The position numbers and the translations under genes are program-made. From Escherichia virus mEp460_4F5: a DNA stretch of 42,927 bases. Location of the stretch: sequence record LR595868.1. One strand, given 5' to 3'. Under the pieces are notes generated by a model. It made no database searches, had not been told where the DNA came from, and saw nothing but the letters and a program-made list of their open reading frames with translations. This document shows, piece by piece, positions 21,021 through 29,695 of the stretch (within the stretch, counting starts at the first letter, position 1; every line of letters begins with the position of its first letter).

Positions 21021-21308
21021 ATGGATATAAGCCCCTTACTTCATGCACTTTGTGCTGTGGCTGCGCAGATACTGGTTGGTCTTTTTACCGGAAACTGGGC
21101 TTACGGAGCGATAGCCGGTTGTACGTTCTTCATTGCGCGTGAACACACCCAGGCAGAATATCGCTGGATTGAAATGTTCGGGCATGGCAAGCGAATGAAT
21201 ATGCCGTGGTGGGGCGGTTTTGATCCGCGCGCGTGGGATGTGGCAAGCCTGATGGATTTTGCTGTGCCGGTGGTGGCGTGTCTGCTGATCTGGATGTTGA
21301 TCCGTTAA
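21021..21308 (+). CDS. Small integral membrane protein (accessory gene after the tail fibre)
   Basis: 95 aa with about three hydrophobic helices; GGAGG-like ribosome-binding site (AAGGAGGAAA) upstream. Confidence 0.45.
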   Translation: MDISPLLHALCAVAAQILVGLFTGNWAYGAIAGCTFFIAREHTQAEYRWIEMFGHGKRMNMPWWGGFDPRAWDVASLMDFAVPVVACLLIWMLIR

Positions 21309-21325
21309 ATATAAAAAGTAAAAAG

Positions 21326-21358
21326 CCGCAGTAACTTGTCATGATAGGATACTGCGGC
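21326..21358. terminator. Hairpin between convergent genes (probable bidirectional terminator)
   Basis: GCCGCAGTA ... TACTGCGGC, a 9-bp stem with a roughly 15-nt loop, between the membrane-protein gene (+) and the dinI-like gene (-). Confidence 0.35.
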
Positions 21359-21425
21359 TGGCTGGTTAACTTTCGATAGTGCGAGTATTGAATGATTTCC
21401 AGCCGTTACTGATTTTACGTGCTAA

Positions 21426-21674
21426 TTAGTGAACAAACCACTCGTCAGCAGACTCCCAGGTATCTTTCAGAGTTTCCTGAACAAAAGTTTTAGCTGAATC
21501 TTTATCGGCGGTGCGCGTAACAGAAAGGCCATCGTTGCTGGTGGCTTTTACGATCACCTCTACATCGTCATAACGTTTACTGATGCGTCGGGTTAATTCT
21601 TCCTTTAACGCATCCACAGCACCGGTTGGCATTTTAGTCATTTTTTCTTTGGCTATACAGATTTCAATACGCAT
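21426..21674 (-). CDS. dinI: DinI-like SOS-response protein
   Basis: 82 aa; matches DinI (MRIE ... IAK ... GA.DAL..EL.RRI ... ETWESAD.WFV); GAGGGA ribosome-binding site upstream on the minus strand. Confidence 0.85.
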   Translation of the reverse strand: MRIEICIAKEKMTKMPTGAVDALKEELTRRISKRYDDVEVIVKATSNDGLSVTRTADKDSAKTFVQETLKDTWESADEWFVH

Positions 21675-21687
21675 AAAAGTCCCTCTA

Positions 21688-21733
21688 TACTGTGTTTGTA
21701 TACAGTATTATTTTTAACTGTATGGATAAACAG
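21688..21733. promoter_or_regulatory. Two tandem LexA (SOS) boxes in the dinI-like promoter
   Basis: TACTGTGTTTGTATACAGTA (about 21688-21707) and AACTGTATGGATAAACAGTG (about 21716-21735); both fit the LexA core CTG-N10-CAG and sit in the 61-bp interval between the dinI start and the int stop. Confidence 0.75.
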
Positions 21734-21735
21734 TG

Positions 21736-22833
21736 TCAAGAGGTCTTATTTCTGCTCTTTTGGAGCTCTTCAAAACGATTATGTAAAGATTTCGGATACA
21801 GTTCGGTATATACCTGCCATAGCACGTTTAATGAACGATGCCCTGTAACTTGGGCGACTTCCTCAATACTAAAGCCAGCCTCAAATAAGCGACTTGCCCC
21901 TTCTCTACGCAAATCATGGTATCGCAGATCTTTAATACCTAATTTGCTTCTTACTCTCTGAAATCCCGCAGTAACAGAAGTGCTGTTATATGGAAAAATG
22001 AATTCCGATTTTTTGGGCTGTCGTTGGACGATATCCCAGGCTTCCCCAAGCAAGGCTACTTTCATGTGGTTGCCTTCCTTTTTGCGTGGATCTTTCCTGT
22101 CTCTTACGAGTATAGATTTTTGTTCTTGGTCGAGATCTTCCCATCGTAACCGGCATACTTCTCCGATTCGCATACAGGACCACACAGAAAATTTGAGGAT
22201 ATCAACGAACGGAATTTTTGAGCATTTATGAGTAGATCGTTGTTGAAGGCCTTCAATGAGCATGTCCAGTTCATCAGATGCTGGTCTACGATTACGACGG
22301 TTTGATTTACCAATCAAACCAAGTTTAAGTAGATATGGACGAGCGCTTTTCGCCGGGTTTGATGTGTAATTAATTCCGTATACAGGTTTGGCCGCATCCA
22401 GAACACTGCCAAGATAACTAACATCGTGGCTGACTGTTGCTGGACCTGCACCAGCGTTGTTTCTTAGCCTACAATGTTCAATTACGTCATTTTCTGTCAG
22501 TTCGGATAGTTTGATCGCGGAGATGTCACTATCCATAAGCAGTTCCAGCACATATCTTTTAGTACGACCTGCTTTACCTCCGGCATTTGGGTCATTTAAA
22601 TATTTGTGTAGTAAGTCACGGACTGTAAGTCCGTCAACTGCATTTGATGATGGAATGCCATATAGATCTAATTCCATCACTTTCTGTGTACCCCATGTTT
22701 TGGCATGGGCATGTTTAGGGAATGTTTTGCTTTCCCTGTAAGTGATAACACCTTTTTCTTTGATAATCACATTACAGCGATAGCGTGGTGTGCCATCGGA
22801 TTTTAGTCGTTTCTCTATGTTATAGTACGCCAT
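21736..22833 (-). CDS. int: Tyrosine integrase
   Basis: 365 aa; C-terminal catalytic region with the R ... H..R ... Y pattern (LRYHDLRREGASRLFEAG ... GHRS ... YTELY); GAGG ribosome-binding site about 8 nt upstream. Confidence 0.9.
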   Translation of the reverse strand: MAYYNIEKRLKSDGTPRYRCNVIIKEKGVITYRESKTFPKHAHAKTWGTQKVMELDLYGIPSSNAVDGLTVRDLLHKYLNDPNAGGKAGRTKRYVLELLMDSDISAIKLSELTENDVIEHCRLRNNAGAGPATVSHDVSYLGSVLDAAKPVYGINYTSNPAKSARPYLLKLGLIGKSNRRNRRPASDELDMLIEGLQQRSTHKCSKIPFVDILKFSVWSCMRIGEVCRLRWEDLDQEQKSILVRDRKDPRKKEGNHMKVALLGEAWDIVQRQPKKSEFIFPYNSTSVTAGFQRVRSKLGIKDLRYHDLRREGASRLFEAGFSIEEVAQVTGHRSLNVLWQVYTELYPKSLHNRFEELQKSRNKTS

Positions 22834-22850
22834 TACACGACCTCGTTATT

Positions 22851-23090
22851 TCGGGTTCCCATAAATCGTGGGAACCTGTGCGGGAACCTAACGCGAGAAA
22901 AATAGCCTGAAATGTTCAAAAATGCACGATAATCCTGAAACACAGAAAACTAATCAAACCAGCGTGATGCCTGAGAAAACTGGCGCTTACTGGAGTTCTC
23001 GGTTTAGCATTGCTCCTATGCTTGATAGGATGTACCGTTTTTGAAAAACAAATAGTTATATACTTTGTGGGAGCCTATTGGGAACCCGGC
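22851..23090. repeat. Cluster of GGGAACC-type repeats upstream of int (candidate integrase arm-type or regulator binding sites; possible attP region)
   Basis: At least five copies in about 240 bp: GGGTTCCC (about 22853), TGGGAACC (22869), CGGGAACC (22881), TGGGAGCC (23067), TGGGAACCC (23079); the first two form an inverted repeat. Confidence 0.4.
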
Positions 23091-23172
23091 GTTTTCATTT
23101 CAAGGTGTAATCCATACGCGGCTTAAGAATGAGATATAATGCGACTTTTAGTGTTCCGCTTGAGAGGCCATG

Positions 23173-23706
23173 ATGCTTACCCTGGACGAGATAGGTCAAT
23201 CAGTACGTAACAATATCCAGTTGATTATTGATCATGTCGGCTTACCTCTTGCTGTTGGTCCGCTCAGTGATGATGATTACAAGATTCTGTGTGGTGGCTA
23301 TGGTGAGCTTGAATGGGACTATGCGTTAAGTACCTATGGCAACTCCAGAGAAAAGTATGAGTTCTGCATAAAACTTGTTCAGCAAGGTCGGGTTCAGGGA
23401 ATACCATCAGGAGCAGCAATTTGTGTTTATGGGGTTGAAGAAAACATCTTTCGTATCCATATGATCGAAAGGTTTTCTAGAGAAGATGAATCTCACCCAT
23501 TGAAAGGGCGCATGGTTTTACTCACTCTTATGAGTGCTTTTATATTTTGTAAAGCTGTTGAATGTAAAGTTGTCCACATTGTAGAGCCAGTACCAGAACT
23601 GGTGCAGTATTACGAGTCTTTTGGTTTCCGCATGGAACAGTGCGGTTATGTGATGTCGGCAGTCATTGATGAGCTGCAGGATATCTTTCTTAAATTTGCT
23701 CAGTAG
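23173..23706 (+). CDS. Hypothetical protein, AT-rich accessory gene (weak GNAT-like C-terminal pattern)
   Basis: 177-aa ORF on the strand opposite to int and the early-left operon; GAGAGG ribosome-binding site; composition visibly more AT-rich than the phage core. Confidence 0.5.
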   Translation: MLTLDEIGQSVRNNIQLIIDHVGLPLAVGPLSDDDYKILCGGYGELEWDYALSTYGNSREKYEFCIKLVQQGRVQGIPSGAAICVYGVEENIFRIHMIERFSREDESHPLKGRMVLLTLMSAFIFCKAVECKVVHIVEPVPELVQYYESFGFRMEQCGYVMSAVIDELQDIFLKFAQ

Positions 23707-23902
23707 GTATAGACGAGAAGGGTCTACAAATTGTAGGATACCCGTCCAGATTACCTTAAAGGTACATCTATGGCAGTCGTTTTGTGCTTAAACTACTAAG
23801 AAACGATGTCACCAATCGACATGATCGATTGGCATAAGTTAGCGAAACAAGCTAGCTTTAAAGAAAGGGTTAGAGACGCCTTTACTGTCTCGGGAGTTTT
23901 CT

Positions 23903-24076
23903 ATGAAAGATCAAAAAGCAACCAAGCCACAGGTTAAGTTCGACACAATGAAAGCATTCGCAGGTATGGGTGCTGCTGTTGAAGTTCTGATGAAGGCTGC
24001 TCCTAATGCGTTCACTCACGCTACTGTCTCTGGTAAAGAGCAGCAGGGTAAGCTTCGTCGTCGCAAAGCAGCATGA
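23903..24076 (+). CDS. Small hypothetical protein (57 aa), not in the ORF track
   Basis: ATG at about 23903 preceded by GGGAG at 6-nt spacing; product MKDQKATKPQVKFDTMKAFAGMGAAVEVLMKAAPNAFTHATVSGKEQQGKLRRRKAA; followed directly by a strong terminator. Confidence 0.4.
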   Translation: MKDQKATKPQVKFDTMKAFAGMGAAVEVLMKAAPNAFTHATVSGKEQQGKLRRRKAA

Positions 24077-24097
24077 TCATAGCTGGTGCTTTTTGAA

Positions 24098-24122
24098 AAC
24101 CCGCCTTCAGGCGGGTTTTTCT
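24098..24122. terminator. Bidirectional intrinsic terminator
   Basis: CCCGCC-TTCA-GGCGGG hairpin flanked by A-run/T-run on both sides; lies between the end of the small + gene and the end of the minus-strand PrtN-like gene. Confidence 0.6.
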
Positions 24123-24404
24123 TTAGTGATGTTCTTTGTCCTTCTGTTTGACTGTTCTGACCTGTTCCCACTCGATACGTCCTTCTTCTCGCCTTTTGTC
24201 TATGTATTCCGCAAGATCTTGAATATTGATGCAACGTTTTGCTTTTTGTGATGTGCCGATGCGATATGTTGGAACGGGCAACTTACAAGCGTTTGCTTTT
24301 GCTTCTGCCGTGGCTGGACTCATACCAAAGTACTTTTGGCTAACTGCTGAGAGTTCAATGTTTGGGGTATTGAATTCAGCCATCAGTAAAAACAAGGTGT
24401 TCAT
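24123..24404 (-). CDS. PrtN-family winged-helix DNA-binding protein (candidate excisionase / recombination directionality factor)
   Basis: 93 aa from the ATG at 24404 (GGAG about 7 nt upstream); resembles PrtN/excisionase-like proteins (MNT.FLLMAEF ... KYFG ... LPVP.YR.G); last gene of the minus-strand early operon, near int. Confidence 0.55.
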   Translation of the reverse strand: MNTLFLLMAEFNTPNIELSAVSQKYFGMSPATAEAKANACKLPVPTYRIGTSQKAKRCINIQDLAEYIDKRREEGRIEWEQVRTVKQKDKEHH

Positions 24405-24440
24405 AATTTTCTCCATCAAAACCGGCTGCACCCGGGAAAA

Positions 24441-25013
24441 TCATAATTCTGTGCTGGTGGCAGGAATTAATTTCTGCCAGATAGCGGAAACATATTTTGC
24501 CTGATGACGGGCATCAGCCAGGGCGTTGTGCCGTTCGCCATCGAAAGGCATGTCCATTTTGGGGTCGAATCCGATGGAACGCCCAAGCGTAACGATCGTG
24601 CGTACATCGTGGTCATTCCAGTACGCCCACGGGCAGATTTGTCCTGCTCGCTCGTAAGCTCCACGTAAAATTACGTTGTCGAAGGTGGCCCCGTTACCCC
24701 AGACTTTTAAATATTTCGTATTGTCTGCGTGCCGGTTAATGAAATGGTTTAGTTCTGAGAGAGCATCGCTGATCGACAAAGTATCATCAATACAGATTGC
24801 AGCTCGCGCTTCAGGGCTTTGTTTCAACCACCACAGGATGGTATCGCCGTCAGGTGTAGCTCCTTGCTTCATAGCACTGTCTAGGCTGACAACCGCATAG
24901 AATTCTTGTCCGATGTCTCCGGTTTCTGGAGTGAAGAACACCGCGCCAATGGAAACGATCGGTGCATCCTTATTTTTCCCCATCGTCTCAAGGTCGATCA
25001 TTAAGTTGTTCAT
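24441..25013 (-). CDS. DEDDh 3'-5' exonuclease (DnaQ-like)
   Basis: MIDLETMG near the N-terminus (Exo I motif), WGNGATFD (Exo II) and H.ALADA near the C-terminus (Exo III); start overlaps the upstream stop (ATGA). Confidence 0.75.
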   Translation of the reverse strand: MNNLMIDLETMGKNKDAPIVSIGAVFFTPETGDIGQEFYAVVSLDSAMKQGATPDGDTILWWLKQSPEARAAICIDDTLSISDALSELNHFINRHADNTKYLKVWGNGATFDNVILRGAYERAGQICPWAYWNDHDVRTIVTLGRSIGFDPKMDMPFDGERHNALADARHQAKYVSAIWQKLIPATSTEL

Positions 25014-25546
25014 CACTTCACCTCCTGCGGCGGTTCTGGTAGATGCATCCAGTGGGTTACACCGTCAATTGGTTCATCGTCGTCGTACTCCAATGCGGCT
25101 ATATAGAACCCGTCACGACGAGAATAAGAAATCCCGGACATTACAATGCCATCCGAAACAACTATAATGTCACCCGTTTCTTCCGGCATTCGCTCACTAC
25201 AGCTTATCCAGCCAGCCGGAATTACCGGAGAGCAGGTTGACGTTTCCGAGATTTCCCGAAAGTTTCCGGCCTGAGGCATGGCGGCGCGGTGACACCAGAT
25301 AATCCAGCCAATCGCCATATCCCATGCCATGTATTCGCCATCGCCATTTTTTGCCCTGCGGCGATCTACAGATTCCCCGAAACGCTTCTCCATAAATAAT
25401 TCATAGGCTGCCCGTTCATCCGATACTGCTTCCAGTGATGCCAGCGCGATTTCATAAGCCAGGCGCTCAATATTGTCTCGCACGTCCAGGCTGCCGATTC
25501 GCTCTCTGATTTCTTTAATCAGTTCTTTGTCGGTAAAAGTAGTCAT
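25013..25546 (-). CDS. DUF551-domain phage protein
   Basis: 177 aa; C-terminal ...THWMHLPEPP motif typical of DUF551. Confidence 0.6.
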   Translation of the reverse strand: MTTFTDKELIKEIRERIGSLDVRDNIERLAYEIALASLEAVSDERAAYELFMEKRFGESVDRRRAKNGDGEYMAWDMAIGWIIWCHRAAMPQAGNFREISETSTCSPVIPAGWISCSERMPEETGDIIVVSDGIVMSGISYSRRDGFYIAALEYDDDEPIDGVTHWMHLPEPPQEVK

Positions 25547-25549
25547 GTG

Positions 25550-25837
25550 TTAGTCCTCATCCACTTCAACGCCATCTTTCAGCGTGATGCCGTGCCAATC
25601 ATCAGCCCAACTGGTTAGCCCTGGCGCATCAATGCTAGGCATATAAACGCTTGCAGTGTGGTAGCCCTTATCGTTATCAATGCTGGCAACGTGCTCGCCG
25701 TTGTATGCGCTCAGCGTGTCCAGGACGCTATAAAACTTTCCTCCGGCTGCCCTGAAATCCTTTACAGCCTTCACAAGGCGATTCCACGCTTTTTCCTGTT
25801 CTGGCGTCAGGTCGATTAATTCCTGCAAAGTTGCCAT
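25550..25837 (-). CDS. Hypothetical protein (early-left operon)
   Basis: ATG at about 25837 with AAGGAG 6 nt upstream; the track ORF extends to 25858 from a TTG. Confidence 0.5.
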   Translation of the reverse strand: MATLQELIDLTPEQEKAWNRLVKAVKDFRAAGGKFYSVLDTLSAYNGEHVASIDNDKGYHTASVYMPSIDAPGLTSWADDWHGITLKDGVEVDED

Positions 25838-25838
25838 A

Positions 25839-26306
25839 TCACTCTCCTTTGATGCCAATGTTTACAGCCTGACAAGCCTCTTTGAGCACCCAGTCAACAG
25901 CGTCTTTCCATGCTCCGGTTTCGACTGGCGGATTTTCACTCTTAACCTGTTCATAGAAGCGCACCGCTTTAATCAATCCTTCGGGTGTCAGTGGCACAGG
26001 CTGGGCCGTGAATAACGCCTGAATTTCATAGTTCGGCCTGTCGTTGCAATCCTCTTTTGTCGGTACATATTTCCAGTCACCAACCCACGGCTTCTCCTGA
26101 AAGTTCGTAACGCCTTTTCTCACGTAGCGATATCGCCATGTCACCGGTTCGGCTTCCAGCGATGCCAGCGCGACTTTAAATGCGGTAAGTACGTTTTTAA
26201 CCACATCGATTTTGAATACTATTTCATCACATACAAACGATTTATCGTCTACTACCGTTTCAATTCCGGTAATCGTGTTTTGTAGCCATTTGGTTAATTC
26301 AGCCAT
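25839..26306 (-). CDS. Hypothetical protein (early-left operon)
   Basis: 155-aa ORF tightly packed with its neighbours. Confidence 0.5.
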   Translation of the reverse strand: MAELTKWLQNTITGIETVVDDKSFVCDEIVFKIDVVKNVLTAFKVALASLEAEPVTWRYRYVRKGVTNFQEKPWVGDWKYVPTKEDCNDRPNYEIQALFTAQPVPLTPEGLIKAVRFYEQVKSENPPVETGAWKDAVDWVLKEACQAVNIGIKGE

Positions 26307-26437
26307 TTTTCATTACCGCCCTTTCGGGCGGTCTCCTGATGTTCTGAGAGTGCAGGAATCCCTCCGGTTAAGGATTTAATAAAATTCACTTCTGATTTAA
26401 ATTTTTCAGTGTTTTGTTGTCAGGTGGTTTATCGCCT

Positions 26438-26749
26438 TTATGCTTCAACCTTATTTCTCAGCCATACACAAACCGGACCATCTTCAGTGTCATGAATGGA
26501 ACCAATGAACCAGCCTTCACCTTCCGGGCGCTCCGGTTTCCAGGAGGCAATATCGGGACCATCTGCGTCCAGATTAAAATCATCTTCATCCATAGTTCTG
26601 ATGGTCCATTGAAGATTATTTCCCTCCATCCATGCGTTAAACTCTTCCGTTGAAATATGTTCTCTACCATCACAGAATTTTTCATATTCAGGATGCGTCC
26701 AGCAGCCATATTCATCACGTACTACTGGTATTTCTTTAATTTCATTCAT
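26438..26749 (-). CDS. Hypothetical acidic protein (early-left operon)
   Basis: 103-aa ORF; GGGAG ribosome-binding site about 8 nt upstream. Confidence 0.5.
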   Translation of the reverse strand: MNEIKEIPVVRDEYGCWTHPEYEKFCDGREHISTEEFNAWMEGNNLQWTIRTMDEDDFNLDADGPDIASWKPERPEGEGWFIGSIHDTEDGPVCVWLRNKVEA

Positions 26750-26996
26750 TTCTGTTCTCCCACGTTTTCAGACTTTCACCACAGAACGGACAAAATGAAA
26801 CCCGCACTGGTGATTTAGAAAATTCACCGGAACGCAACATCACCAAATCAGGGCCGCGAGTTAAACTCTCATTCCAGATTTTGTATATCAGCAGACCTTT
26901 TCGCGCCGTGTATTCAGCATCATGCTCAAGGGATTTTGCCAGTGCTGCACATGGTTCTATCTTATTGCCATTAATTTGGCATTTTGACTCACTCAC
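26742..26996 (-). CDS. Hypothetical protein with CxxC pair
   Basis: Start proposed at the GTG near 26996 (AGGAGG about 7 nt upstream), overlapping the upstream stop; the track ORF is annotated to 27032. Confidence 0.4.
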   Translation of the reverse strand: MSESKCQINGNKIEPCAALAKSLEHDAEYTARKGLLIYKIWNESLTRGPDLVMLRSGEFSKSPVRVSFCPFCGESLKTWENRNE

Positions 26997-27232
26997 TGGT
27001 TGCCTCCTTTGCGGATCTGCGCTGCGATGCACGAAAAAAAAGACTCTCGCGTATGACTGTTAAGAGCTGGCGCGAACGCCGCGTTAAGAACGGCAGCATC
27101 ACAGCCGTCATCGATATAGAGCGCAATTTTTTTCTCTAGGCGTGCTTTAGCTTCCTGCAACTGCATACCCCGGCACGCACGCGGGATATACTCAGCAATT
27201 TGAGCGATAGATTTTTCGTTCTGTTTAAACAT
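26993..27232 (-). CDS. Hypothetical protein (early-left operon)
   Basis: 79-aa ORF with overlapping start/stop junctions. Confidence 0.45.
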   Translation of the reverse strand: MFKQNEKSIAQIAEYIPRACRGMQLQEAKARLEKKIALYIDDGCDAAVLNAAFAPALNSHTRESFFSCIAAQIRKGGNQ

Positions 27233-27428
27233 GCTTCACCTCGATAGGCTTGATGGTATCGATCAGCAGTCGGCGGCGAGTATTTTCTGCAAAGTGGCGG
27301 CGTCCGGTTTCTTTGTGGTAAAACTCGTTTTTTCCGACGACCCACATCCGCTTTGTCTGGTGCAGTTTTTTTACCTGCGGACCGTCTCGGGTGATAACAA
27401 TTCCTGTATGAGTTTTTATCACGCTCAT
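27225..27428 (-). CDS. Hypothetical basic protein (early-left operon)
   Basis: 67-aa ORF. My by-eye indexing disagreed with the track by 1 nt around 27180-27300, so the track coordinates are used. Confidence 0.45.
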   Translation of the reverse strand: MSVIKTHTGIVITRDGPQVKKLHQTKRMWVVGKNEFYHKETGRRHFAENTRRRLLIDTIKPIEVKHV

Positions 27429-27787
27429 TTCTTATTCTCCGGTGCTTTTGGCATTACTGCCCAGTGAGTGATATTGACGTTTTCAAGGTCCCCGACCTGA
27501 AATGTCCACTGCCATTCTCCGGTTTCTTTTTGTCCCCAGGTGTACCAGAGAGAACGCCAGCCAATCAGCCAGCCTTCTCCGTTAGCATCAAATAACAGAA
27601 CACTTTCATTTGCTGGCGGCAGTTCAGCTGACACTGGCATTATTTTGTTTTCCAGTGCCGCACATTTAGCTTCAAGCGCATCGAATTTACGTACCAGGTA
27701 CTCAGCATTTGTTTCATTCACTTTCAGATCTCGCGGTACACATTTCCCGCGAAGAAACCCTTCCATTTCGAAAACATTCATGCGCAT
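27425..27787 (-). CDS. Hypothetical protein, DUF551-like C-terminus
   Basis: 120 aa; C-terminal ...NITHWAVMPKAPE resembles the DUF551 motif of the 25013-25546 gene. Confidence 0.5.
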   Translation of the reverse strand: MRMNVFEMEGFLRGKCVPRDLKVNETNAEYLVRKFDALEAKCAALENKIMPVSAELPPANESVLLFDANGEGWLIGWRSLWYTWGQKETGEWQWTFQVGDLENVNITHWAVMPKAPENKK

Positions 27788-28314
27788 TTGCGTAACTCCG
27801 ATAACTCGTTAAAACGTTCCATAAACATCCCGTAGGCATGGCCTGGTGACAGTGGAATAACTTTGAACATCTCTGTTGCCGGGATGCCTTCCAGTACAGG
27901 CCAGAAAGAGCCATCATCAAGCCCGAGATCGCGGCGTTCGGTTGCCAGCATAATGAGATCGGCATATTTCACTGGCGTGCTCATAACAGGAGGTAACCCG
28001 TATTTCTCACGGATTACGGCGTCTATTTTTTCTTCCATCCGTTTATAGTCAGGAAGAAGTCGTTTCAGTGGCGCGGGGATGTCCTGGCAATATGCTTCTG
28101 TTGCATCATGCATTAACGCTTCAAAAGCAAATTCCTGCGGCACCAGCTGGCTGCAAAGCACCGCATGCTGGGCGACACTGTAGAAGTGTGAAAGATGTCC
28201 TGCAAAGCGACAGATATTTGAAAGGGAAACTGCGATATCGTTAATCACGATGTCGTCTTTATTTATCTTGTCATAATAAAAATGCTTCCCGGAAAAAGTT
28301 TTAATAAATGACAT
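27778..28314 (-). CDS. HD-domain phosphohydrolase (YfdR-like 5'-deoxynucleotidase)
   Basis: 178 aa from the ATG at 28314 (GGAG about 7 nt upstream); H ... HD ... D metal-binding pattern (FAGHLSHF ... ALMHDATEAY); same size as E. coli CPS-53 YfdR. Confidence 0.7.
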   Translation of the reverse strand: MSFIKTFSGKHFYYDKINKDDIVINDIAVSLSNICRFAGHLSHFYSVAQHAVLCSQLVPQEFAFEALMHDATEAYCQDIPAPLKRLLPDYKRMEEKIDAVIREKYGLPPVMSTPVKYADLIMLATERRDLGLDDGSFWPVLEGIPATEMFKVIPLSPGHAYGMFMERFNELSELRKCA

Positions 28315-28442
28315 TTCGTTCTCCACTTTATATGCGCTGCACCGCGCTGAATTCTGCTAAAAGGAAGCTCTCACCATCCGGTGATTATTGAGTTAATTAC
28401 GTTTCCATAAATGCCCCCGCAGGGGCATTTGCAGTAATGAAA

Positions 28443-29267
28443 TCAGGCGGTGAAAGTACCAATAAAGGTTTCTACTTTGCTGTCTTTGAATTTCTCAACA
28501 AGCAGATCACGAAATTCGTTAGCCATTTCTTCCTGCATCGCTTCCAGCTGAATAATGCGCAGAACCAGTACAGGACGATCGCCAGTGATAATGCTGAGGC
28601 GTAATTTAAACGGACGTTCTTTCAGGCCTTCAAACGGAACGCATTTAAATTCAAATGCCACTGGCATAATGTCTTTGGTCTTCGCTTCGACAGACTCCAT
28701 CAGGGAGCGTTTGCCGCTGAAGTCATTGTCTTCAAAATCAGCGGTCTGGTTTGCTTCAATTGTGATTTTACGGACTGCCGCAGCCGCTTTGGTTGCCTGA
28801 ATGGTGTCACCATTAGCATCAAAGCTCACAAGGTAGTCGGCCCAGTCTTCAATCCATTCTGCCAGTGACTTCTGGGAGTTACGCTCGCCGTTAACAGACA
28901 ACAGGGCAGAGAACGGTGCTGTCTTTTTCAGTTTGAGAGTGGCGGTGTTATCTGCGTGACCTGGTTCATCGATAGTACCCAGGTTAAGTACACTGACGGC
29001 ACGCATATTATCGGCGTCGATAAAGCAGCGGGTGCCTTCATCTGCAAGATCTTTAGAATAACGGGTAAAATCATCGATGCTGGCAGTGGAAAGTGCACCA
29101 CGGAAACGGAAGCGATTTAAATTAAATTTTTCCAGATCATGAATGCGGAAATTCTCAGGCAATGCCACAGCATCGGCACCAATCTTACTGATAATTTCAT
29201 TAACACCCTGAGCAGAAATAAGGGCATGAATTTGATTAATTGCGGTTGCGTCTAAGTTCTGAGACAT
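28443..29267 (-). CDS. YfdQ-like protein (DUF2303)
   Basis: 274 aa, the length I recall for E. coli CPS-53 YfdQ; follows the yfdP-like gene and precedes the yfdR-like gene, as in CPS-53. Confidence 0.65.
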   Translation of the reverse strand: MSQNLDATAINQIHALISAQGVNEIISKIGADAVALPENFRIHDLEKFNLNRFRFRGALSTASIDDFTRYSKDLADEGTRCFIDADNMRAVSVLNLGTIDEPGHADNTATLKLKKTAPFSALLSVNGERNSQKSLAEWIEDWADYLVSFDANGDTIQATKAAAAVRKITIEANQTADFEDNDFSGKRSLMESVEAKTKDIMPVAFEFKCVPFEGLKERPFKLRLSIITGDRPVLVLRIIQLEAMQEEMANEFRDLLVEKFKDSKVETFIGTFTA

Positions 29268-29332
29268 AATAAGTCCTCACTATATAAAGATATTCAATGA
29301 TGAGATAAATAATCAGTTAATTAAGAACGATA

Positions 29333-29695
29333 TTAATGACCTGCTGCGCGGAGTTTTCCGTCAGGCTCACCGGCAAGAGTCAGTAATTGTCCCTGGTCTT
29401 CCTGCAGAATAGTCAGGCGACCACCGCGATTGACATACATCGGCGTTTCGGTGGTGTCTTCTTCAGAAATTTTCCCGCGGTTAGTCGGGCGAACATATGA
29501 GAGTTTGTGTTTGATTTTCACACGGTTCTCATCAAACGGTTCGATTTCCAGGTTGAGCGAGACCTTACCTTTGGTTTTCGTGTTCATCACACCGGAAGCG
29601 ACTTCACTGAGAACTGCGCCGATTTTGGTTTCAAATACGCCGCCGTCCAGCTCCCCGATAAATGCCTGCACATCAGTACTGCGTTCGCTAGCCAT
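29333..29695 (-). CDS. YfdP-like protein
   Basis: 120 aa from the ATG at 29695 (GAGGAG about 9 nt upstream); the track ORF extends to 29881, but that extension is GC-rich, structured and non-protein-like. Confidence 0.55.
   Translation of the reverse strand: MASERSTDVQAFIGELDGGVFETKIGAVLSEVASGVMNTKTKGKVSLNLEIEPFDENRVKIKHKLSYVRPTNRGKISEEDTTETPMYVNRGGRLTILQEDQGQLLTLAGEPDGKLRAAGH

Noticed and set aside
24006-24251. 81-aa plus-strand ORF overlapping the PrtN-like gene
   Set aside because: It overlaps a better-supported minus-strand gene and spans the bidirectional terminator; the in-frame 57-aa ORF at 23903-24076 with its own ribosome-binding site is the more plausible gene.
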